Assembly (NCBI GenBank): GCA_012862495.1
Contig: BLSG01000377.1
Location: forward strand, 257,416-277,415
From: Thraustochytrium aureum
Taxonomy: Eukaryota
Reading direction: 5' to 3'
Length of the DNA stretch: 20,000 bases
Within the stretch, counting starts at the first letter, position 1; every line of letters starts with the position of its first letter. Position numbers and translations under genes: made by a program. The notes beneath the pieces were generated by a model. The model ran no database searches. It saw only the letters and a program-made list of their open reading frames with translations, and was not told the DNA's origin. Below are positions 9,652 to 18,406 of this stretch, piece by piece.

Positions 9652-10291
9652 TACTCAGCTACGTACGCTTCCGCGTCGTGGTGACGCGCCACGCTGTGCG
9701 GACGCCTCTCCGAACCCGGCGCTGTCCCAGGCGGCGGCTGCTACTCGTACATATCTCTTCTAGGAAGTGTGAGGAGTACTCGCTGCGCGAGGGAGGCGCT
9801 GGCGACAGCGCTGCATCAGGCGCCGCAGCAGAGTTCCGAGCGAGCCGCTCGTGTTGTCGCCCAGCAAGGGCGGCGCCTGAGAGGCTCCCGCTCTGGCCTG
9901 GCCCAGTACCGAGCATCGTTGTTCTTTGCCGCGCCCTGCGTCCGCTCCTCGCACACTGGCCACTTTCTGTTGTTGTGGATTGTGGACTTTCTGTGAGGGC
10001 GTGTCCTTGACGCGAGGCGCAGTTTGCCCGCTCTGCGCCTCTGGCTCTCCCAAACGCGTCCTCCCGATGCACGCCCCTCACGGCAGCCTCCTTGCCTTCG
10101 TTCGTTCGATCCATCAGAGCAGAATTCAGCAGAGCGGCACTGTCAATCACGCGACTCACTCGCTCGCTCTCCGAGTCGTCGGGCGCACACCCGCGGCAGT
10201 GAGTGCTACTACTAGCTAGACCAAGGAGGCTACTACCAGCTACGAGTGGAGCAATAGCCTGGGCAGTAGGCAGAGTGAGTGAGTGAGTAGG

Positions 10292-10296
10292 NNNNN
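10292..10296. other. Assembly gap (5 N)
   Basis: N bases, adjacent to a (GAGT)4 tract. Confidence 1.
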
Positions 10297-10708
10297 AGGT
10301 ACTCTGGCTTCCGATGGGAGGAGCGGGCGAGGAGAGTGCAGGCGGCCGAGCACACAATGTGCAGCAAACACACGGCGCACTCTAGCAGGTCCTACTGTGC
10401 GGGCTAGTGGCGATCGGACCAGCACGAGCGAGCATCGCCAGCGCAGGCAGGCATACATCCTTAGGGACCTGCGCAGCGACGCGAGCACGCACGTACGCAC
10501 GGACCGAGGCGCAGACCACGCACGGCCGGCCTAGAGGACGCGAGCGCGCTGACGGGCTGGCGCGCCGAGGGAGCAGCGGCGCGCAGGAGGCGCGCAGGAG
10601 GCGCGGGAAACGCGCAACCTAGAAAGCGCCTCGGCTGAACAGCACCGCGCAGCAGACAAGCGCGCAGGAGGGAGCTCGCGCGAGGCGCTGGGCAAGCGAG
10701 AGTCCACG

Positions 10709-12725
10709 ATGCTCTCTGCCATTCGGCGGAGCGTCGAGCGGACCAAGGGGGCCAACGCGCAAAAGACCGCGAAAGACCAGCCTTGGAAGGCCGAGTACCA
10801 CAAACTCCTCATCTGCGATAACGGGCGCGACAACTCGCCCGAGACGTTCACTCGCGGCGAGTCGCCCAGCGAGATCGCATACTTTATCAGCCAGTCGAGG
10901 TCGCCCGGCCACAAAGATGTCGGCCAAGACGCCATGGCGACCGCTCAGCACGGCGACTGGGAGTGCAATGTCCTCTGTGACGGGCACGACCGTGACGGCC
11001 ATCTTGTCGCCCGCGCGGTTTGCATGACCCTTCCGCACATTGTGCTGCGCAAGGTCTTTGAGCGGCTGGACCCCTCCAAGCGAATCGAGGCTTCGCTCCT
11101 CAAGCAGGCCTTCGAAGAGTGTGCCAACACGATCGCGTGGACCTCTGAAGGTGTCAAGACGGGCATGTTTGTCAAGGTCTTTGGCGGCGTTTGGAAGGAC
11201 AAGGTCGGCTACGTGGGCGACTCGCGCGACGGGTAAGTTCGCTCCGCTAGTTGCCCGCCACACCCAACACACACACACACACACACACGCACATGCGCCT
11301 TGTGCAGTGCAGTCCCAGGGAGTGTCCCAATGGGAAGTTGACTAACGCTGCTGTCTGCGCCGAAATCAAATCAGGACGAGTGCCGTGGTGATCATCGTCG
11401 ACGCAAACGGATACCACAGGCCCACAATCGACAACAAGCACCTCAAGCGCGCAAAGTACACCGGAGGTTCCACATGCATCTGCCTGATTCGCAACCTCAG
11501 AACGGGCGACGCTCGCATCGGGTTCACGGGCGACTCGCGCGCACTCATCCTCCACACGCAAGGGTTTGACGACCCTGTCATGCGCCCTGTTTTCGGGCTC
11601 CAGACATACGACAAAGGCGGCCGAGCCATGAAAGCCCCGATGGGTATTACTTCCCCAGCACACAACGTATTCAGCAAAGACGAGCTCGTGCGACTCAACA
11701 CCCACCACGCCGGGGCGTTCGAGATTGACGGAGCCTTCCTCGTCAACCCTGTGACCAAGTTTGCCATTCAGCCCACACGGGGTTTTGGCGACTTTGACAT
11801 GTTTGGCACAGGGTACACAAACGAGCCCGAGATCTCCTCGTCGTTCAAACTGGAAAAAGGCACCTTTGTGGTGTGCGCGTCCGATGGCGTTTTTGATGAG
11901 CACGTGTGGAAGGACGACGAGCTCGTCACGTTTTTCGACCAGCACCTGAAAGGCGGCTCCGCAATCACCTCTGTGGTTGGCGAGATGCTCTACCGCGAGA
12001 CCCTCGAGCGCAGTTTGGCGGGCGGTTATGTCGACGACATTTCCTTTTTCATGTTCACCGCCCCGGATCCTGCTCCTGTCACGGAGACTGAGGCTAGCAG
12101 CGTCTCGAGCAGCGCCGATGCAGACTCGGCCTCTGAGTCGCCCGAACAGCCCGAGGCAGCGGGGCAGTCCAAGCGCAAGTCCTCGCGCAAGGGCTCCACT
12201 TCGAAAGAGTCCGTTTCGGTGCCAGCCCAAGACGACCCCACAGACGCGAGTGGCAAGCACAAGTCTCTCCCAGCGGGGACGCGCAAGAGCCTGCTGAGTG
12301 GTCTGCTCAAGAAGAAGTCCAAGTCAAAGGCGTCCAAGCACAAGTCAGAGCACGCCGCAGCGAGCATGGCGGCAGAGGACGTCGACCCCGGCCTGCTGGT
12401 CACGAAGCCGGACATCGACAAGCCGAACCCGGAGGATCGCCGCAAGACGATCGACCGGAAGGAGCGCGGCTCGTTCACCGAGCTCTCCAACATGCTCAAG
12501 GACGAGATGACTAGCCGCGGCAACGGGGTGGGCCAGTCCGAGGACCAGACCTCTGACGAGCTCGCCACGATTGTCTTGCAGCGCTACGCTTCTCGATACG
12601 GCCACTCGCTCGAGGACATTGACGTCGGCCGCGAGGTGCGCACCGAGGCTGCCCGTAAGGGAGCGCGCCTCTCCGCACGCATTACCAAGCGAGAACCCTC
12701 AAGCGACGAAGAAGAGGGTGCCTAA
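10709..12725 (+). CDS. PP2C/PPM-family Ser/Thr phosphatase with KOW-like insertion and long charged C-terminal tail; exons 10709..11232 and 11375..12725 (624 aa)
   Basis: PPM motifs GQDA, LCDGHD, GGST, GFTGDSRA, PTRGFGD, CASDGVFD, VDDIS. Intron 11233..11374 (GTAAGT, branch CTAAC 11342-11346, CAG) joins the two ORFs in frame (SRDG-TSAVV). Confidence 0.92.
11267..11288. repeat. (AC)11 microsatellite inside the PP2C intron
   Basis: Read directly from the sequence. Confidence 0.95.
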
Positions 12726-13090
12726 GTCTTTGCTTGGTCAACCCCGGTTGACATGTCACACGCTGTGGCAATTGAGGCGCGCGTGCGCTGTGCCGACATG
12801 TCTTCCCGTCCCTAGGGCGCGCGCTTGTGCTGCTTCGTCCGGCTTTCCTTGCGTCGCGTGCCCTTCGCTGTGTTTGTGTGGTGGACTGCTTGCGTTCAAG
12901 CGGTCCTCGTGTTCGTTTTTGGCCAACGCTGCTTGCGTGGTTGTTGCTGTCAGAGTCGTCGACCATGGCACGAAAATGCGATGTGAGCCAAGGGTTTGTG
13001 CGAGCCTATCAAAAATTGAAGATAACTACCTACCGATCCGAGTCGTTCGCTTTTGCTGCGCATTTTGCTGCGCTCCTCGTTGTGGTCCAC

Positions 13091-13136
13091 TTCAGTTCAG
13101 AATTCAGAACTCAGAGAATTTCAGTCAGATTCAGAA
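13091..13136 (+). repeat. Degenerate TTCAG/GAATTCA short-repeat tract upstream of the C1-domain gene
   Basis: ttcagttcagaattcagaactcagagaatttcagtcagattcagaa. Confidence 0.75.
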
Positions 13137-13376
13137 ACTTGACTGCACTGTGTCCGATCCTCATTCATTCACAATTCACAACAGCTCGTTTCACACTTTG
13201 GTGCTGCAGTGCCAGCGCCAGTGCAGGAGGCGCGGCGCGCGGGCAGGCTCAGCTCTTCACGCACAGAAGGACGCGCGCGCCTCTCCAAAACGCCCCTATC
13301 AGCTTGGGCCAGCCCCTCTCTGATTGTGCGCGCCGCCACGTCAAGCGGCTCAAACCGCCGCAAAGGAATCGGTCCC

Positions 13377-15258
13377 ATGGCCTGCTCTGCCGCAGAGGTG
13401 CACGACCTCACGCGCAAGACATTCTTCAAGCCGACAAACTGCGACGACTGTGGCAAGCTCCTCGTCGGCCTCGTTGACCAAGGCCTGCATTGTCGCCTGT
13501 GCGGAGCAAACCTGCACAGCGCATGCTCTCGAGCCACAACGACAAGGCCGACCCCCAAACCGGACGACGAACGTCTTGCGCGCAGCCTGGGCAGCGACAG
13601 CGTCGACTATCCACATTCTTTCGCCTCTGCCACTTTTGTCAAGCCAACTGATTGCGCAGTTTGCTCCAAGCTGCTCCTTGGCCTGCACAAGCAGGGCTTG
13701 CGGTGCCAGGTTTGCGGAGTCGCTGTTCACCAGCAATGTGCGACTGCGTCACACCAGCATTTTCCATGCGCTGCAGCAAGCGCACGGGCATACTGCTCCC
13801 CAACGCAAAGCGCCCACCCCGGGGCAAACAGACTGCTGGAATCCGAGCCCGACGAAGGCGCGCTTGCGTCCGCCTCCTTGCTCGGGCACACGTTCGAGGC
13901 GAAAACGTTCGCGAGGCCAACCGATTGCACCGTCTGCGGTAAAATCATGCTCGGCGTATACAAGCAAGGACTCGAGTGCCGCTTGTGTCACGTAGTAGCG
14001 CACAAGAGCTGCGCCGCGCAAGCGTTCCGCGGCGAGCCGTGTCCCGGCGAGCCGCCTCGCGAGACTAGCTCTGGCTCAACCAAAGCGCAAGTCAGAACTC
14101 CACTTCTGGACGTCGGGGACTACGAATACAACGATGAGGAGCCAGCACACTGCGTGCAAGCCGCGCATCCGGTTGAGAGCCAAAGCCTGGCGGGCACAAC
14201 TGCTGCTCCGAGTCGCCGGCAAGCGCCTTCAAAGCGGCCACCGGCACCGCACAAACCGGGGCCTTCAGTGTCCTCCGTGACATCCGGCACCTCACCCCCC
14301 GGAGTGGGATAGAGCACTTGGTGCGTTGCGCGATGAGCTCGCGCGGGGCATCCAGAACGTGGACCGCTTCGTCGACGAATTCGTCACGAGCGCCGGAGCC
14401 GCCGCCGAGGAGCGCTTTCTGGCAGTCGATTCCGAGGTCGAAAAGACGGTACACAACGTGAACCAAGTCACGCAGCAAGCGGTGGACAAGATCGAACGCG
14501 ACGGAGTGGCGCGCACAATCGTACAAGGGCTGCGCGCTGGCACGGAAACCATGATTGGCGCCATTACCAAGGCCGGAAATGACGTACAGACCTCGTTGCC
14601 TCGAGGCACTTCAATTGACGTTGACCCCGAGACCCTGGCAGCTCTCGAGTCAGCGGCGCGCAGCGCCTGCGCCATCGGTGAAACTTGCAAACAGGGCGCG
14701 GATGCGTTGTCAGAAGCAACAATCCGAGGGGCAGAAAGGGTTTCCCAGATGGAAGAGTTGAAAGCTTTGCGCAGCGACGTCGACGCCGACCCCGAGCTGC
14801 GCAGGGCCTTTGACAAAGTCGCGCAAGGGATTGCAGGGGCCGGGGAGGTTGCGAACGAGTTTTACGACTCGGTGGCCAAGGTCGGCACAGCCACCGGTGA
14901 GACGGCAGTAAAGACGTCAGATCACTTGTACGGCGGAAAGGTCGCCCGTGCCACTGCTGCGACGTGTTCGATTGCCGGTTCTGGGTACACGGCCTACGCA
15001 ACAGTGACTGGCGTCCTGACTGGGAGGTTGCTCCTCAATACTCCGTTGCAGACCGCTCCACAATGGACATTGCGCGAACCGGTCGTTTTCGACGGTTGCA
15101 TGTATGCGACCGTGTTTCGTGGGCTTGGTTTTCGCGCGATCACGCCCTTGCAGCGCCTTGTTCTCACAAGCGAGGCGTGCGGTGCGGTATTACAAGCGGA
15201 GATGGCGGGACTGGCTCCGACTCTCCAAGGGGCGATGGGCAAGGCCCAGGAAAGCTAG
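13377..15258 (+). CDS. Triple C1 (DAG/phorbol-binding zinc finger) + Senescence (spartin/ERD7-like) domain protein; frame broken at ~14281-14310
   Basis: First ATG at 13377. Three H-x12-C-x2-C-x13-C-x2-C-x4-H-x2-C repeats with PTxC and QGL (13401-14043); the first lacks the terminal Cys. The +1 frame from 14281 reads PEWDRALGALRDEL... and ends with FYDSVAKVGTATGETAVKTSDHLYGGKVARAT...AGSGYTAYATV, resembling the Senescence-domain C-terminus. Confidence 0.72.
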
Positions 15259-15488
15259 CTAGTCCATTGAAGGACAGCCGTTCAGTTGGAGATCGGTTAT
15301 CGTAACATGGTTTTATCTTCAGCACGCGGCCACTATCGGGGCAGGGCTGCCCTCTTGGCACTTGCCCTTTCTCTCCATTGCTTTCGTTTCACGTTCTCGC
15401 CGTTTCCAGTGCCGTTGCCGCCAATCCCCATGGAGTTCTACAACATAGCCTACATAGATAGATAGCTTCGCGTTTGCAGGCAGGCGCC

Positions 15489-15588
15489 TCGGGGCCTTGC
15501 ACGGGCTTCACAGTCGCCCGTCGGGGACCTTGCGCGGGCTCCACAGTCGCCCGTCGGGGCCTTGCGCGGGCTCCACAGTCGCCCGTCG
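15489..15588. repeat. Minisatellite, three copies of a 32-33-bp GC-rich unit between convergent gene ends
   Basis: Units at 15489-15520, 15521-15553 and 15554-15585; consensus tcggggccttgcgcgggctccacagtcgcccg. Confidence 0.93.
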
Positions 15589-15633
15589 AGAGCCTGGGCC
15601 AACAGGCGCTTCGTTCTCGGGGTTCCTTGCGAG

Positions 15634-17485
15634 CTAGTTGGGGTATGCGTAGATGGCGCGGCCCAAGTCGATCGTCACTGTGCCGCCTGGCAAAGGTTCC
15701 TTGGAGCCTTTCTTGGTAAAGATAAAGTGGTGCCCGCTGAATGTACTGACCTCAAACAAGGAGCGCGGCGCAATCCGCCCTTGGTGAACCAGCTCGCCAT
15801 CAAAGCTCACCCAGTACACGTCAATGGTTTCCTTGGCGTCGTTGCGAAAGTTTGCTCGAAAGGCGCCCGTGTTGGTCGCCTCATCCTCCTCGTCATCGTC
15901 GTCGTCGCTTCCGTCGTGCGAAGGCGAAAGGTGCTTCCACTTCGTCCCGGCCCCATACGACTGCTCCGAGAAAACAGGCTCCGCGGGCTCCACCGAGGGC
16001 TGTGAGTGGTAGGCGGCCCACTCAGTGTGACGGTCCTTGTTCGATCGTGCGTCTTTGGCAACGCGGTCCCACATTTTGGGAGTTGGTCACCGTCTTGGTG
16101 GGGGAGAAGTGGCAAAACGCGCCGAGGTGGCCGCCACCCTTGTTGCGGTACGGCCGGCCGTGCATGAGCTTGGCAGACTCGTAGAGCACCATAGTCCCGC
16201 CGGGGTGTTCGTAACGTTTGTGTAGCCCGTCCCAGGAGACCACCTCAATGGGCCAAGGGTGCTGGTTCGCCTTGGACTCGTTGAGCTTTTTGATGCTAAG
16301 CGTCACGCTCAGAACGTGCGTGTCGATGCGGTCTACGTGGTTCTTGAGGAAGCTGCCATCGGGGTAGATGCGCTCGCCGTAAAAGCTTGTCAGTGTGACT
16401 GGGACGCCCGCCCACTCCTCCACGAGGGGCTTGAGGTACTTGTTTGCCATCTCCTCCTTCACGATGCGCTCCTTGTCGAGATCGACAAACTGTGTGGGCA
16501 CCTCTGTGAAGCTCATTTGAGTCGACTCCGAGTCCCAGAATTCGCGGCGCGGTTCGTTGCGCTCGTAAAAGTCGACGAGCCACTTCTGGAACGGCTCAGG
16601 TATCGGCATGGCCTTGAAGCCGAGGGTGTGCGAGAATGCTGGGAACGCCGGCGAGAGGTAGATGTTGCGCATGGTGTTGTCCACGCTCGTCACGTCGCGC
16701 CGCTTGATCCATTGGCCTTGCTCCTTGTACGTGCGCAGAAACGGGCTGATCTGGGGCTCGCCCTCGCTCCGGACCCGCGCCAATACCCAGGCTTTGAGGT
16801 CGCTTAGGCCATCCCAGATCTCGGTGCCAGTGCACTGGTCCACAAAGTCCTCGCAACCCACAACCTCAACCGCGGGGTTGCTCGGGTCGGGGCCCAGCGA
16901 GCAAAACTCGGTAAACCCGTTGCATCGTCTTGGGACAAACACGACTTGCACTTGCGAGCTCTCAGCGTCAACTCCAAACCTCTTTGCAAGGTCGAACTCG
17001 GGGATAAACTTGTGCCATGTCCGCCGCGGAGCAGAGTACATGTCATAGCGTGCGACCAGGAGCCGCTCTCGTGCGGGAAACTCGCGCTCCGCCAGGTAGT
17101 CCCACTTGAGCTTGCTCAGGGCTTTTACGCTGTTGGGCTTGCTGCTGTTGAAGAACGCGATCACGCTCGGTGGGCGGATTGCGTCTGGAGTATCCTGTAA
17201 AAGGTCGTCGAAAAGGCCGCCGTGGATGAGATCCAAAACGCGGTGGCCCACGCGGACCTTGGGTAGGCCAGGGGTCGAGTAGTCTACGACTGGTGCCACT
17301 GTCTCGTGCACGTTGCGGGTCAAGGACACCCCCGGCCCTTGTTCGGCTTGCTGGCCGCCCTTGAGGGACTGGAATGCTTGGCCGAGCAGATCGAGCGAGT
17401 CGCTTACAAACGACGCTTCACTGGGCAGCCCGACGATGGCGCTGGCGGCCACGAGGGCGACGCTTACTGAGCTGAGTATCTTCAT
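15634..17485 (-). CDS. Signal peptide + redox-inactive thioredoxin-like fold + 2OG-Fe(II) oxygenase (prolyl-hydroxylase-like) + acidic linker + VHL-beta-like domain; intronless; frame broken at ~16075-16090
   Basis: Signal peptide MKILSSVSVALVAASAIVG; Trx-like LLVARYD...DLAKRFGV...VVFVP with no CxxC; facial triad NHVDRIDTH...LMHGRP. The downstream frame (WDRVAKDARSNKDRHTEW...PSVEP) is colinear with the intact paralog, showing it belongs to this gene. C-terminal ANFRND...DVYWVSFDGE...STFSGHHFIF resembles the VHL beta domain. Confidence 0.85.
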
Positions 17486-17578
17486 GTTCTATGCCGCGGG
17501 GTGTGGCTCTCGTCTGGTCGTTCGGCAAAGGTGTTTTGGATGGTCTGATTCGGGTCTGCCGTGGCCGCTGTTTTGCAC

Positions 17579-18406
17579 NNNNNNNNNNNNNNNNNNNNNN
17601 NNNNNNNNNNNNNNNNNNNNNNNNNNNNNNNNNNNNNNNNNNNNNNNNNNNNNNNNNNNNNNNNNNNNNNNNNNNNNNNNNNNNNNNNNNNNNNNNNNNN
17701 NNNNNNNNNNNNNNNNNNNNNNNNNNNNNNNNNNNNNNNNNNNNNNNNNNNNNNNNNNNNNNNNNNNNNNNNNNNNNNNNNNNNNNNNNNNNNNNNNNNN
17801 NNNNNNNNNNNNNNNNNNNNNNNNNNNNNNNNNNNNNNNNNNNNNNNNNNNNNNNNNNNNNNNNNNNNNNNNNNNNNNNNNNNNNNNNNNNNNNNNNNNN
17901 NNNNNNNNNNNNNNNNNNNNNNNNNNNNNNNNNNNNNNNNNNNNNNNNNNNNNNNNNNNNNNNNNNNNNNNNNNNNNNNNNNNNNNNNNNNNNNNNNNNN
18001 NNNNNNNNNNNNNNNNNNNNNNNNNNNNNNNNNNNNNNNNNNNNNNNNNNNNNNNNNNNNNNNNNNNNNNNNNNNNNNNNNNNNNNNNNNNNNNNNNNNN
18101 NNNNNNNNNNNNNNNNNNNNNNNNNNNNNNNNNNNNNNNNNNNNNNNNNNNNNNNNNNNNNNNNNNNNNNNNNNNNNNNNNNNNNNNNNNNNNNNNNNNN
18201 NNNNNNNNNNNNNNNNNNNNNNNNNNNNNNNNNNNNNNNNNNNNNNNNNNNNNNNNNNNNNNNNNNNNNNNNNNNNNNNNNNNNNNNNNNNNNNNNNNNN
18301 NNNNNNNNNNNNNNNNNNNNNNNNNNNNNNNNNNNNNNNNNNNNNNNNNNNNNNNNNNNNNNNNNNNNNNNNNNNNNNNNNNNNNNNNNNNNNNNNNNNN
18401 NNNNNN
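17579..18406. other. Assembly gap covering the shared promoter and 5' end of the second oxygenase
   Basis: N bases. Confidence 1.

Noticed and set aside
9063..10357. ORFs of 209 and 232 aa in the NiR/PP2C spacer
   Set aside because: Non-ATG starts, low-complexity Arg/Ser/Ala content, crossing repeats or Ns; most likely promoter and UTR.
13209..13376. N-terminal extension of the C1 ORF from a GTG
   Set aside because: The first ATG at 13377 lies just before the first C1 domain; the extension looks like 5' UTR.
15489..15588. CRISPR-like array
   Set aside because: The units are contiguous with no unique spacers, there are no cas genes, and the context is eukaryotic.
14303..16075. Shared GTGGGA just after the frame breaks at ~14304 (plus) and ~16070 (minus)
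   Set aside because: Explained by both encoding Trp-Asp in the new frame, which is conserved in the unbroken paralog; not seen at the two KNL2 break sites.
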